Shown: positions 51,054-63,994, counted from the first letter of the whole stretch. The stretch is 63,994 bases of DNA, filler included, from Dirinaria sp. TL-2023a (GCA_051941275.1; 5 parts of 5 records of this genome joined end to end with filler, not necessarily neighbours in it), one strand, 5' to 3'. The notes: a model not told the origin generated them from the letters alone. Translations and numbers: made by a program.

Positions 51054-51089
51054 GTCTCTGGTCTCTGGTCTCTGGTCTTTGGTCTCTGG
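51054..51089. repeat. (GTCTCTG)5 heptamer repeat upstream of the C2H2 gene
   Basis: gtctctg gtctctg gtctctg gtctttg gtctctg. Confidence 0.9.
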
Positions 51090-51490
51090 CTGCGGGGATT
51101 TGCTCGGGAGGGGAATTGACTAGCACGGCTAGATCTGGTAGTAATGCAAGGCTAGTCAAAAAGCCCACTTTGTTTTCTTCGAGGTCAACTGGAGTCTGGA
51201 AGCTTGAGGGCGAGTCTTACCTTGTTACGGAGTATTTATTATCCCACTACTGTACAGCACTTACGGTGGTACTTCTGTACTCTCAGTTTTGGTTGATGAT
51301 CATGCGGTTCCTCCAGTCCTACTGCTTCACTTTGAGTGACTGGTGACAAAATTTCCGCTTGAATGGTTCGAAGCAGGAGCAGCTGCTTCCTAGCGAATGC
51401 GGCATGATGGGCGTCTTTTCATCAGCTGAACCGCACGTCCTCATGATAATGTATCGAAGCCTCCTGCGAATACGGAGTACTCCGTAGTTG

Positions 51491-51590
51491 NNNNNNNNNN
51501 NNNNNNNNNNNNNNNNNNNNNNNNNNNNNNNNNNTTAATTAATTAANNNNNNNNNNNNNNNNNNNNNNNNNNNNNNNNNNNNNNNNNNNN
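51491..51590. other. Artificial contig linker
   Basis: N44-TTAATTAATTAA-N44. Confidence 0.98.
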
Positions 51591-51591
51591 C

Positions 51592-51622
<31 letters not shown>

Positions 51623-52120
51623 GAAAGCAAAAGAAACAGTAAAAAAAAAAAAATTTCACCTTTTTTTGTTCTTTTAATTTCTGTTGAAAGTCCAACATAA
51701 GGAGAGGGAAAAATCCAAAAAAAAAAAAGGGGGATAAACCCCTCCACACACACGAGAGAGAGAGAGAGAGAGAGATTTAAGTACTCTATCTATATAAGTA
51801 TATACTAAATCCTCCACCTAAGCGTTATAATATAACATAACGTACCACGTCCAGGATAACAATCTTCGTATGCGTGTGTTGTGCGAGAGAAGAGAGAAGA
51901 AGAAGAAGAAGAAGAAGAAGAAGAAGCCTTCATATGCAACGCCGCGCTTACTGCCCTACTTAAAACTATAAAGCAAGGTATGGTATGGTAAGTATTAACG
52001 AACTCATATACAGTATTATAGCTTTCCCCATCTGGTTTATGGAGGGGAAGGGGGGTCTCCGGAGAGTCACAGTCAAGTGCGCGTTTTAATTCAATTAGAG
52101 CAAAGAAAAAAAAAAAAAAG
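51591..52120. repeat. Low-complexity contig end: poly(A), (GA)n, (GAA)n
   Basis: Directly visible simple repeats. Confidence 0.9.
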
Positions 52121-52938
52121 CGGCTGTGAGGTGGACATACATATATGACTGAATTTTTTGGCTGATGGAATTCTTCCTTCCCGAGGAGTGGAAGAAAGTC
52201 AATCCAATGGAACCAACCTCTTGTTTGACACATTTTTGTTTAGCCTTGCAGAATGGGCGGTGGATCAGGGGATAGGATGGGGTATCTCTTTTTATTCTAA
52301 CATATGCTTATGGGCTGGCAATACTACACCACCACCATTATTTTCTACCTACAAGAAAACAGAGCATTAATGCATATGATATGCCTCCCGGACAGGAAAG
52401 ACTTCCCCATTTTCGTCTCTCGCCCTCTTAGAAAAAAGCCCTACGACGCCCCGCTTAGCGCCTCATTTTTTTGTCTGTGCCGCTTTTAAACTGGCATTGG
52501 ATGCATGTGAACCTTGATCAACGCCAGAACCGCCGGCACTGTAGGAAAAAAAGTTGTCGCTGCCAACAATGAGTCGGAATGGACGTTTCTAATGCAGTTG
52601 GGAGTTATCTGAGAAAGGGGAATATAAAAGGATCGTCGAACACGTAGGAGTCGTATGCTTCATAAGAGTATTGCCACGCTGTGCCATGTAGTCGATACTG
52701 AAGAGGGGAAGGATGATCGGCTTTCGCGATGAGGTAATTCTCCTGGTAGAATAGAAGACAGCGGATACCAGGGATACAAGATATACACACTGTCCATGGT
52801 AAGCCCAGGGCAACGCTTATCGAAGCGGTTATTGCTGAGCCTCATGCCATTTGATTAGATAGGCACGACGAAGCACAGCAAGCTGTAACGATTTCGAGTG
52901 GGCTTGGAATCGTTGGACCTGGGTACAAGACACGGGTC

Positions 52939-55259
52939 CTAGTATGCGTAGATGGACTTGTCTTCGCGGATAGAGGCGCACATCGCTGGAGGATTGGATA
53001 CTATATCAATAGCTTGAAACCCTTTGTCGAGCTCACTCTGGACGAATTGAGACGCCCGTTTGTACCGTTTGTCAGCGTACTTATCGTAGATTGCGCCATG
53101 GTGCTTCTGCGGATCATCACAGCAATCGAGTATAAGTACCATGAGGCTGTGCAGCTGTGAGAAGGTATAATTCGAAAAGTAGACGTGTTGGACGGTCTAT
53201 TTCGGGGTTAGTACGCTGCGTTCACAAGGTATCCGAAAATACTTACCCAGTGGCCTTTCTTGAGCATTATTCGCGCGAGACAATGAGCGCCAGCAGCAAG
53301 AAAGCTGGGCGGGCTGCCCACAAATCTCTCATCCATGATGGTAATCTCCAGGAAGTACTTTGCCAGTGTCCGTGTTTCGAGGTCGTAATCGTCTGCCTTG
53401 CTGATTCTCCTTAAGAAACTCATTGGACCCGGCCAACCCAGTTCAAATTGAAGCATAGCGAGCATGAATCGCTCTGCCTTCAAAATTTCCTCGGCTGTGT
53501 AACCGTTGTCTACCATGTAGACAATCTCCTGCACCGACGGGCAATTGATTTCTTCGTACTTGGCTGCAACGAAAATCGCGGTTGCACCAACCAGCTGTAA
53601 CTTGCCAAGTGAGACGATCTTGCATGACAGAAAACGATCGATATAATTGCAGCAAAGGAACAACGTTTCTGGAAGCAGGCCAAAGCGATGATGAACTTGG
53701 ACTAGCCAGTCCATTAGTACCGACCGCATCGACCACTGAATCTCCGCCTGGTTGTCCATATAATGAGCGTTGGGCAGCAATTTTATCTACAAATACGTTG
53801 TCAGCCCTGGCGTACAATAAGTTGGTGTTGCGCATTACCTCGAGCTCCATCATATACTGGAATATTTCGTCGCCATACTCAGCGACCATGGTGGTGTCCC
53901 ACGTCTCGTCGTCTACCTCCTCTGCTGCCTTTGCAGCTTCCATGAAAGCCTTGGCGACTGCAAGCTCTTTCCGTGTTCTCTGACTAGGTTTCGGGAACAG
54001 TACAGTAGTAGCGCCGCTCGTGGTGTTCTCTCCACGTGATCTATAAGATCGTGCTGTCACATAACCTTCTTCATCATAGTTCTCCTCCTCTGCTTCGTCG
54101 TCCCAGTATTCTTCAGGTTCGGAGATCGGTACAGGGTGTGGCCTCTGAGACTGAGGCAGTTGCATCTTCTGTGCTCCTGAGAGCGCTGGTGCTATGCTAT
54201 TGGCCTTCTTGATGCCCACTTCCGCCACATCTGGAGCACTATTTTGCTCGATGGTAACTCCTTCGGCTTCTGGAGGTATCACGTCGTGTGCATCTAGATC
54301 ATCCATGAACTGATAGAGCTGGTATTCACCGTAGTTGTCGATGTATAGGCCGTCAGATCTTAATGCAGTCGATTCTTTCAGAGGTACATGCGCGACTGAG
54401 GGTGCCAGAGGTACTTCTTTAGGCTTTTCATCTATAAGTCTGCTTCTTGACCTTCGCGATCTCAAGTCTGGTTCGCCGTGCTGAGGTTGAGGGGGAGCAG
54501 GGAATTCCACCTCGTCAAAGAGAGGTGCACTTGCTGAAATCGAAGGTTGGGGGTTTTGAGGTTCGGTATGTGCCTGCTCGTGTTCTGATATAGGTGCAAT
54601 ATCTTTCAAAACGGTTGTGCTTCGCTTCTGCGAAACTTTACGAGGGTGAGGCAATTGCGCGGTCGGCTGGGTGGGTTGCTGTATTTCGGCCGAAGGTTGC
54701 TTTGTTGATGTAGATGTTGAGTTATTGGCCACATTATTGATGAAACTTTTCATGACCGACATTGGTCGCTGTGCAGGCCTTGAAAGGCCTGTCGTCTTCT
54801 TCTCGTACGGCAACGGTGCAACCTTCTTAGGAGCCAGCCCATCACCCTTGAACGCAATCACGGAGTCGTCTTTGCTGGGTCGTGAAGCATTGGCAGTGTT
54901 ACTTGCATCTCCAAGCGCAGTTCTCTTTGCAGCAACTCTCATTGCTCCCGTCTGTGCTAATGTCGAGAGATTCGGACTTGATTTATGTCGCTGATGCAGA
55001 GTTTTCTGGGTACATATAAGAGGAGCGGCATTTTCATCGCCATAAACGCGTAATGGTCGCGTGGGTCGTTGGGGCTACGGAAGAAGAGATTAGCATACAA
55101 AGCATTTATGACATCGAGAGACCCTAATATTGGCATTGACCATGAGAGCGACACAAAGCTTTGGGAGTTCCGTTCACGCATCAAGCCGTGAGCCAGGAGC
55201 AGCAAAAGACGATGGGAGACACTAATAATAAGTGACAAAAAACATACCTTTGCGTCCAT
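52939..55259 (-). CDS. CLB3: B-type cyclin, Clb3/Clb4-like (4 exons)
   Basis: Micro-exon MDAK; D-box RTALGDASN; MVAEYGDEIF; cyclin box MRSVLMDWLVQVH..LLPETLFL..YIDRFLS..LQLVGATAIFVAAKYEE; PMSFLRRISKAD. Confidence 0.9.
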
Positions 55260-58228
55260 AATGAAGGAGCGAGTTGAAACGGCTCATGCAACCGAGATTG
55301 CTATCTCGAAGCTTGCCGTGACTTGTCGGACGCGAAGGCTTGAGGCCTTGTGCTGCCGATTGAACAAATCGACAGAAGCAAAAAGCTGATGTCTCCAGCC
55401 TATGGATAGACACAGACCGGCTGCGATACCAGCGGCCCGAGAAAAGGCGCCTATGTAAACACTGCTCGTTGTAGTGAATGCTATGTGCTTCCAGCTACCG
55501 AGTACACGCAGAAAGGAGGCTCCCAATGTTTTGTCTTGGTCCCCGCCTAGCAACAGCCGGTTCGGGCCGTCATCCGTGAGTTTACACGTCAACGCGCTCC
55601 GCGTCTCCCAACAACATTTCTTGACATGGATATTTCTCGAGTACACTCACGTGATGCTATAAATGTTTCTTCGACAGTTTTACACTATCATCTGAGCCTC
55701 AGCAACGTACTCAGCCTATTGTTTCGGTTCGAAAACTTTGCGCGCTGCGCTTACTGGAACTGCCAGAATATGATTCCTACAACACGCCAGAGGACGAGGT
55801 CACATGACTTTTGGGCCGAACAATGCTGCAACCGGGATATTATTATTGTGGACGAGAATCAAATGGAAAAGGCTGCTATATTTAGTTTGACGAGCCCTTG
55901 CGTTAGTCGTAGGTCTCCTGAAAGGATCGTGTAATTTTATTATCGTGAATAATGGACGTTGGGTATTCGTCGCACGAATCCCCTGCAGCCGAAGTTTGAG
56001 TTCTGATGCTGGATTATTGGTTTCCTAAACGCATTAATTGCATTTTGCTTCTCTGGAAAATATGCCCAGCATTTTCGGTTTCCGAACTATTCGTGGCCCT
56101 TTTCCCCCCTATACTTGCTGGCTCTGGCCACGATTCAGTCGTCACCAGAAACCGTTAAGTGGAGTAAGAGTAGCCGCCCAGTGCCGAACGGATCCATGGC
56201 GAAAGATTCGGCGGGCCTATGGAGCGCACAGCCTGTTCAAGCCCCAAAACCAACCGGCGCAATCACAAGCTAAGTCTTCTGAACGAAGCATCGGCGATAT
56301 TATTGCGCAATCGGATTTTGATACTGATATGCGATCGAGATGATAGAAGCACGTGTTTTGACAGACAGTAGCAGCTCAACCAGAGAGTTCTACAGATTCA
56401 GGAGCATTTGAAGTAAGCTGCCTAGATAGCATTCGTAGAAAGCGCAATGATGAATTATGCCTATCGCCCTATGATTTAACAAGGTTGATGCCAGAAGATC
56501 TCCCCTGTGAACAAGATGTGTTCATGTGCATATTATTATAGAGTGGAAGGGCAGAGACAGCGGAGAAAATCGAGACCATGTCGCTAGTGCAATGCAGGCC
56601 CTCTGGCATGCTTCAAAAGATGTGTGCAGATCTGTTTCCTATCAAGCGAACGGTTGAGCACCCGTAAGCCTATCGCTGCACTGCCCTCCACAAGTTTGTC
56701 TGCTAGATTCAAGCGACCGAGGAGGCCCTTGCGACCCATCAATACGCCATCCCTGGTTCAGTTGGGCCCTGTATGTATGTGAAACCTTTGCGGCGCATGT
56801 CGAATGGGTGAAGGAACGAACAACCAGCTTACACACGGGATGGATATCGACTCGACTGGAATGATAATGATTGACCCACTGTTGCTGTTTATTGATGGGC
56901 ATAGGGGTCAAGTGTCAGAGTATGCGCCCAGTTCCTACCCAAAGGACGACATTGGCGACTTGAAGCCTGCAGATGCCGGGGAATCAACCTGAGTGCCCAG
57001 TACCTGGGACGACTTGGCATATCGCCTTACTGTATCGGACTAAACACGCAACAATTCTGTCCAATTCTTAGCTGTTGCTTCAGCGGCTTTCTGCGTGGGT
57101 TGGCAGTAGGCCCGGGGAAGGGATTGGCTCGATTGCATGCCGCCCTTTCACCCTTTCAGCTAATCATGAGGGGTCTTGAGCAAGTCAGCGAAGCAAGTCT
57201 GCGTAGCAAGTCGACCTTGACTTTTATCCTACGGAAGCAGCATGACACTCAGGATGTCAGTCTCGGCAGCATCTATCTTGCGTGCGGACTATAGTATATG
57301 GAAAGTATGCTATCAAGGAGCAGAAAGTGCACGGGGTCTGGAGTAGCGTTAGTTTTTGTATCATAGTCGCCCTTAAGATAGCCGTATCTGCGTTTGAGAA
57401 CCTTGCCATGGCCAGAGTGAAAATCTTTCTCTCCATGTACACTACTACTGATGAGGACTTTCGATTGACAGGAACCAGTAAGCTTCTCGTGTTGCTACCT
57501 GCTGCATAAGATATTCGGGACGGTGTCCCTGTGTCGCAGTACACTGGTCGGTCTTGGCTTGTTTCTCCCACCCACCTTCTCTCCATCCTCCTTCATCCTC
57601 TTCACACTGTCAACCGCCATCATCCATTCCATTGTCTGTCGGTGGGGTGTCGTTTTTGACCCTGCCATCCCTTATCGTCTTCAATTTCTGGACGCGAGAC
57701 AATATGTCCTAGATGTGCTCCTGTTAAGCACCGAATCCGCTCGCTGGGCGCCAGACTTCCCCGAAGACCAGTGGCCGTCAAAAACAGCCTGAGCAATCCC
57801 CTCGTAGGTAACCCGGTCCACTCTGAATACCTTCCTAGTGAGTACGGATCCCCCCTCCACATGTGCGCGACGCTCAAGACGTAGTCTTGCTCGTAATCCC
57901 TTTGGCTTCTGGCCGCTGCTCTTACTCCCTTGTCCGACAAGCGAATAACCCGGCGGGCCACCAAATTCCTGAGCATGTCCTACCTGGAAAGAACGCTATC
58001 CAGCAAACGCCTTTTTCGCCTTTGTTGTACTCTCAATGAGGCTGCATGTCATCGTATTCATCAAGATTGTCACTGACTTTGTTGTTCTCTTTCAGACTTG
58101 TCCCTTTCCTCCCAAGCGATCCTATGTAAGGACTCTGCTTCCGAGCCCAACGATCGCTACCACCCACCACTTTCGCTTTCTGAGCAGGATCGCTTCCACA
58201 CCTTCGTTGATCCTACAACCTGTATACA

Positions 58229-60470
58229 ATGAACGTTTCCAATCTTCTCTCGAACGATGCTCCGAGGTCATACCGCTCCCAGCAGACCAGCGACACTGCA
58301 TCTCAAGAGCCACATTATGTACATCAGTACCCTACACGCCACTCCGTTATTGCCAATAGTCACCCAGCTGTGGATCATGATGTTGTGCAAGACCACAAGG
58401 AAGGAGTTCCCGCACAGTCACCTGGTCAGGAAGCATCGCCAGCAAACCCAATACCAAAGACTGTTACTTTCGAATTGCTCTTCGACGGTGCAGCAAATTA
58501 TCGGGCTAGACTACCACTGAAGGTGCAAATTTACCCTCATGATACCACTGACTCGATTGTGACGACAGTCAAAAACTTCTATGGTCTCTACGATGGCGCT
58601 TCCGGTAGCTTTAGCTTCGAGGACGCCAGCGGCAACATCCTCATCGCCAGATACGAAAATTTTGCTAATAACATGTCCGTCTATGTTCGAGCTGCTCCTG
58701 ATTATGGTCAGCCGTTCTATCCGCGCGGACAGACACCTTACCATCCCGGCTCGCCTCAAAGCGCTTACAGACACACGCCGCACGACGAAATTCTACAGAT
58801 GCCGCCTCCCCAGCAAGCACTTACTTATGGCCAGCCTTGTTCGCGACCCAACTCCCGCGTCGCGCGCAAACGTAGCACATCTCCTCGAAATGGCCGGGGC
58901 GGTCGCAGTGCCTCTATCCAAAAGGGGCGTTCTCGGTCTGGTATAAAGAGCAGGGACACAAGCGTTCTCGGCAGCTTTGATGAAGCCAGCAATGACGCGG
59001 CGAATGGCTACAGTAGCAGCGACGGTGGCGCGGGTTCTGTGACCGGCTCACGCAAAGCTCGTAGTGAACAATTTGCTAGCGCGGAGATAAGCCTTGAAAA
59101 TGTCGTCGAGGGTGGCAGGAGAAAACGCGCAAAATTTGACAGTTCGGTAAGTCGATATGCAAATTAACATCATAGGCTTTCATTGCTGACAGACCCGACC
59201 GCAGGAGCTTCCACTTTTTGTCCCACCCCAAGTGCCAGCAGCGAACTCTATCTCTTCTATTTCCCCCCAACGACGGTCAAATGGGCAAGACAACCCATCC
59301 CCCTTTGCAAGACCCGCTCAAAGGACGCCATCATACAACTATGCTCTCCAGTCGCCTCAGAGCTACGGCTTTGGCGAACACCTTCAACGTACCACGCCGA
59401 CCAATGCGAGCCCATATTCTATGCCTGCTCCTAATCAGCATAACCTTCGTCAGCGGGATGAGACAACCCTCCCACAAGCACCAACCGGACCTGCCGGACC
59501 TTTCCCACGCAAGCAGGGGCCTGGGATACTCCCCACTCCGGACCCTACAATTGCTAGCTGCATCTCTGATGAAGATGTTGCATTGCAGCTGATGAGACTC
59601 GGAGATGCCTCCAATATCTCCTATGGGCGTACCTCGGCCTCTACTCTAGATGACACATTGAGTGGCCGTGCTGACATTGCTTCGTCAATCGGCAGCCATA
59701 GCCGCGACGAGAGCGAGGAAACCGAGAACCCCTCTGTGTCGCTGCCTCAGTCCCAGCCTGGACTGAAACATGGGTTGAAATCTACGCATGGCCCGAACAA
59801 GAAACCTTGCAAGCAGCTGAACGACGGACTAGCTAGCGCCGACAGCACTGAGCCTAGTGGAGACGAAGTTGATGGAGATTACTTCTACGACGGTGTATTG
59901 AAGGGTGACCCTGACGATCTTGTCAATGAATATCGTGAGGCCGGTATGGCTAGGTTGTCGGGGATGAGAAACGCCTCAAGCGTTCCGAACAAGGTGCGTG
60001 GCGGCAACCCCGCAAAAAAAGGCGCCAAGATTGCAAAACGCTCGAGCGTGCCCAAAAAGTCGAGGCCTTCAGCATCCTCGAATGCACCAAAGGCTCCAGT
60101 CTCGCCAGCGTCTATCAATCCTCAGTCTCGCAAGACCTCATCGGCTTCAACCTTGAATTTCCAACATCATCTTGGTATGGACGAGGAAGATTTGTCTTCA
60201 AAGCCACGCTGCCAGCGTTGCAGGAAGAGCAAAAAGGGTTGCGACCGTCAACGACCTTGTCAGCGCTGCAAAGATGCGGGCATTGGCATCGAAGGTTGCA
60301 TCAGCGAAGATGAAGGAAACGGACGGAAAGGCCGTTTCGGGCGCCATATGGGAGTTTCGGTGAAGAAAGATGTATCAGAATTGACGCAAGCAGATGACTC
60401 TCAGGTCGCTGGTGCCATCCTAACAGGCATGGCGTCCAATGCGGAAAAAAGTAAGAAGAGGAAAAGGTGA
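58229..60470 (+). CDS. Zn(II)2Cys6 transcription factor with the zinc cluster near the C-terminus
   Basis: CQRCRKSKKGCDRQRPCQRCKDAGIGIEGC; intron 59147-59204 keeps the frame; C-terminal basic KSKKRKR. Confidence 0.9.
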
Positions 60471-61215
60471 ACTACGACATTGGCTACGAAAGGACGGCGA
60501 AGCCACCGTCGGACGTGCAATATCAGCCGCGGTACTGGTTCGACATGTTATCGATCGATTATGTTGTTGTGTACACATCGACTTTGGCGGCATTTTGCAA
60601 ACCATTTCGAATTTACCTTCTACCCTGTCGTATTTGTGGAGATGTCTTTCACAAGCCTGTTGCCATCCAGCAAGTTCAAGCCCAGGGCCCCCCACCGAGC
60701 AGACTAGCTTATTGGATAAGCATGATCGCCTGCCAATGGTTTAGTTCTAGCATTCCTTCTCTACCGGTGTTGTATGGGGTTCATTGTCTCCATTGGTCCG
60801 AAAAGCTTTCATTTGTTTAATCAGTGCGAGGTCAAACCAGCGTAATGGTTGGGGTATGGAGGAGACGGTACCGGGGCGGGTCTGGCTTACAACGGGGGCT
60901 TATGACTGTACACGAGATCCTTGTCTTTATCCAATTGAACTGCAAGCCTTTCGATGGGAAGTAAGCGAACTAGTTTAAATATCAATTTGTGGCCCCAACG
61001 ATCAGCTCCGATCATGCCCGTCGTATCATGAGACGATCGATGGTCACGTGCAACAGTCATCGAACGTCAATTTAAGGTTTGGATTAGGCTTTTTTAGCCT
61101 ATTCCAGAAAGACGGGAGAAATCCCAGGCGGGGCTTTTAGCCGAGTCCGACTAGTCTCATATATGATCGCTCACAAATACCTCCAGCTTCTCACTCGGGA
61201 TATTGAGGTCTCAAA

Positions 61216-63687
61216 ATGCCACCCAAAGCCCAAAGACGACGCTTAGTCCGCCCTGGCATCAGTAATATCGGAGCAGCTGGTGTAGAAGAAGAAGCAGCGA
61301 ATGCTACGGACAGCGCGGTGGAGCCGAGTATGACGCAGGATGTGTCGATGGCTTCGGAAAATGCCCTTTCCGGGGAGCGACAGGAGCCAGACGAGCTGAC
61401 TCCAAGTCAATCAGTGTATCCATCAGTTTCCGAGACGGCCGCAAGCTCTCCGTCTCGGGGAGGGGTTCAACGGCTAGCATCTACTTACCCGCGCGGCGTC
61501 TCGAGTACGAATGCGAGGGCGGGACGTGGAAGTTCATCGGATCTTCGATCAGGTAGACAGAAGTTCCAGCCAAAGTCCTACGTTCGACGAAGTAAAGAAG
61601 AACGCGAGGCCGCCGAGAAAGCCGAAGCTGAGAGACAACAAGCGAGGATGGCTACAGAGACATTATCCGTACCTACAGAACGAGGAGGGTCTTTTACTCG
61701 AGGCCGCGCTCTGCGCAGTGCGTCCATGCGGGAAACAAGAGGGGACAGATTGAGCCGCAGTGGTGCAACAGGGCATCTGGGAGCTAATCTGCATCCAGGA
61801 TACTCCACCAGAGCTAGAAGAATTGGAGCGGGTACGCGCACATCTCCCATTGCAGGCGATCATGCACAGGATGGAACGGTTTCTGGAATCGTCACTGAAG
61901 CCTCGGTGCAGAACTCCAGTGTCAAAGCTGAAAAGGATAAAGATGGAGACGTAGCCATGGATGGAGCAAGGCCCGGTGCTGCTGGTGTGGAGAGTAAGAT
62001 GCAAGGAGCTGCTGGTGGTCGAAGCAAGTCTGGAAGGAAACGTGGAACGCATGGAGCAGGGCCGCCACCAACGATAAAAAATGAAACCCAGATTCCGGAG
62101 TACCCCTGGTCAGAGGATGAAGAGCTGGAAGTGTCAAAGGGGCGCCGAGTCAACATTGAGGAAATCAACCTCATTACTGATGAAGAGACCGAAGAAGAAG
62201 ATCTTGAAGAGGGGCCACACAAGGGAAAAACACGCCAGAGTACACCGCACCAGGTTCGAAAGTCCTTCAAGCCCATCCGACTTGATCGGCACCAACATGT
62301 TGAGCGAGCCGTTGGCATAAACACGGATGCAAGTTCATTGACTTCGGCAGAGTTGCGAAGAAGGGCTCAAGAGGGGCGAGACGCTCAAGGTAGCCTGTTC
62401 CTCGACTCAAACGAAGATCTGCTATCTCCCAAGAAAGCCAAGGGTCGCGGCAAAACCAAAGATGTGGAATTCGTTCGCAATGAGAGGAAGTGGCAAGGCG
62501 TCTATCAAGAGGACGAACTGAATGATACAAGCGCCCAGGTGAAAAAAGAGTCTCAAGAGGATGATCTGATGGCCATTGACGAGGCTCCGGCGATTTCTGG
62601 AGCGCCTGAGCCGAATAGTATCGACGCTGGAACTACGCAGACTACCGAAGATGTTACAATGGCCGAAGCGGAAATTCAGCCATCAGCTGCCTCGCCGTCT
62701 AGACAGCCTGCAGATGAAACGCAACCGCAGCCGCCAAAATTCCAACGACGTCAACCAAAAGCGAAGCAACACAGGCCCCCCAAGCCAGTCCACCAGACGG
62801 AGGAAGACCGTCAAGAATGGCGTCGTCTACAACGAGATGGCGAGATCACGAGCAAAACCCTTAGCCAGTTGGGTGGGCAACTCGGATCAGCTTTGATACC
62901 GCAGGATTCAGGCAGCGATTTAGATATGGAGGCACTTGACGAAGAAGCTGAGAGCCAAAGATCCCGCGACCTCTTCCTCTTCCAGTTCTCACCCGTCCTG
63001 CCACTACTCATTGACGCTGACAGCCAAGCGCAAATCAAGGCTGAGCCCAGCAACAACGACCCATCCTCGACGTCTACCCAACCCGAACATGCCACATCCA
63101 GTCCTCGAAAACCAGCCGGTCCCAAACCCACTCGTCGAAGAAAAGTTGACCCAAAAGCCAAGTCATCAACATCCAAACCAGCGATATCGACACAACCTAC
63201 AGTTGAAACCCTCACTCCCCCCGCCGAAGCCCCGGAGGCTATTACCGAACCTCTGCCCACCTACACTTCTTTTTCCCCGCGGCTGCCACCTGGCCATTTC
63301 GGTCTCCTCCGTTTGCACGACTCCCACCGCGTCACCGCCGACTGGGGCAATCTCAGGTTCGAAATCAGTCGTGGCGCCGACGAGAACATGGCGCAGGAGA
63401 TTGTGGTGTGCGACTGGAGTAAAGTAGTTGTCAAAAAAGAGGAGTGGGAGATGGATACCGATCCCTGGCCTGAGATGACCGAATTCATAGGTGGTGGTAA
63501 TGGCCTAGGAGCAGAAACCGTATGTGGTGATGAGGTAACTGTCAAGGAAGAGCAGAGAAGGGAGTGGAGAGAGGAGGTCAATTGTGGCAGCACGGTTTGG
63601 GCGATGGGTGATGTTGGAGGAGGGACGAATGGGACTGGGGCATCTTTCGTGGCCGTACCGAGTTGGGGAGAGATGTTTGGTTTTTGA
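61216..63687 (+). CDS. RPC53: RNA polymerase III subunit RPC4 (C53)
   Basis: KFQPKSYVRRSKEERE N-terminal motif; C-terminal LFLFQFSPVLP and PPGHFGLLRLHDSHRVTADWG typical of the RPC4 domain. Confidence 0.85.
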   Translation: MPPKAQRRRLVRPGISNIGAAGVEEEAANATDSAVEPSMTQDVSMASENALSGERQEPDELTPSQSVYPSVSETAASSPSRGGVQRLASTYPRGVSSTNARAGRGSSSDLRSGRQKFQPKSYVRRSKEEREAAEKAEAERQQARMATETLSVPTERGGSFTRGRALRSASMRETRGDRLSRSGATGHLGANLHPGYSTRARRIGAGTRTSPIAGDHAQDGTVSGIVTEASVQNSSVKAEKDKDGDVAMDGARPGAAGVESKMQGAAGGRSKSGRKRGTHGAGPPPTIKNETQIPEYPWSEDEELEVSKGRRVNIEEINLITDEETEEEDLEEGPHKGKTRQSTPHQVRKSFKPIRLDRHQHVERAVGINTDASSLTSAELRRRAQEGRDAQGSLFLDSNEDLLSPKKAKGRGKTKDVEFVRNERKWQGVYQEDELNDTSAQVKKESQEDDLMAIDEAPAISGAPEPNSIDAGTTQTTEDVTMAEAEIQPSAASPSRQPADETQPQPPKFQRRQPKAKQHRPPKPVHQTEEDRQEWRRLQRDGEITSKTLSQLGGQLGSALIPQDSGSDLDMEALDEEAESQRSRDLFLFQFSPVLPLLIDADSQAQIKAEPSNNDPSSTSTQPEHATSSPRKPAGPKPTRRRKVDPKAKSSTSKPAISTQPTVETLTPPAEAPEAITEPLPTYTSFSPRLPPGHFGLLRLHDSHRVTADWGNLRFEISRGADENMAQEIVVCDWSKVVVKKEEWEMDTDPWPEMTEFIGGGNGLGAETVCGDEVTVKEEQRREWREEVNCGSTVWAMGDVGGGTNGTGASFVAVPSWGEMFGF

Positions 63688-63994
63688 GAAAAGAAGAGTG
63701 GATGCATAGAGTGGCTCTTCGTGATAGAGGTGTGTATGTCTGGTTGCGGGGTAGGAGAGGAAATTTTTGCGATCAAAGGGGCACAGGTAAAAAATGACAA
63801 CGATATTGCAAAATAGCTGCATGCATGTTACACATAGATACTGTTTGGCCTCAATAGCCGCTCACCAAGCCAAAGGGACGTGTTTACCGGGTGCGATGCT
63901 GTCTCAAGCCTTCTTCAACTGATTGAAAAAGTACTACAATAGCAACAACGATGATCTTAGTTTACGCCCATCAAAGCTCCCGGCCCAAATTCCC

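Noticed and set aside
1..63994. A window-wide DNA-repair / cell-cycle gene cluster
   Set aside because: The genes lie on separate, artificially joined contigs.
1..63994. tRNA or rRNA genes
   Set aside because: The GTTCGA hits inspected (e.g. about 4603, 17442, 35472, 51366) lack cloverleaf context or lie inside CDS.

Overview
Eukaryotic DNA from a filamentous ascomycete (Pezizomycotina; a lichen-forming lineage is possible but is only inference), with short GT-AG introns throughout. The window is not one locus. It is five contigs of about 12.8 kb, sorted by decreasing length and joined by artificial N44-TTAATTAATTAA-N44 linkers. Contig 1: secreted type-B carboxylesterase, large F-box protein, divergent RPL17/NOP1 pair. 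Contig 2: SAM-domain ATRX-like SNF2 ATPase, glutathione synthetase, ERF4-family protein. Contig 3 (gene-poor, accessory-like): coiled-coil protein with a HEPN-like RHxxxH motif, xanA xanthine dioxygenase with UaY/AreA-type sites and a 217-bp foldback upstream, and a membrane-anchored fungal-lectin-like protein. Contig 4: 5'-truncated (6-4) photolyase/cryptochrome, TOP3, a NUDIX hydrolase, an unrecognised TM/coiled-coil/RGG gene flanked by tandem repeats (including a ~1-kb higher-order minisatellite), and a C2H2 protein. Contig 5: Clb3-type cyclin, Zn2Cys6 factor, RPC4/RPC53. The best novelty candidates are the minisatellite-fronted orphan gene, the HEPN-like protein, and a dispersed foldback/MITE-like family with an invariant 20-bp core. 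All assignments come from reading the sequence; no searches were run.
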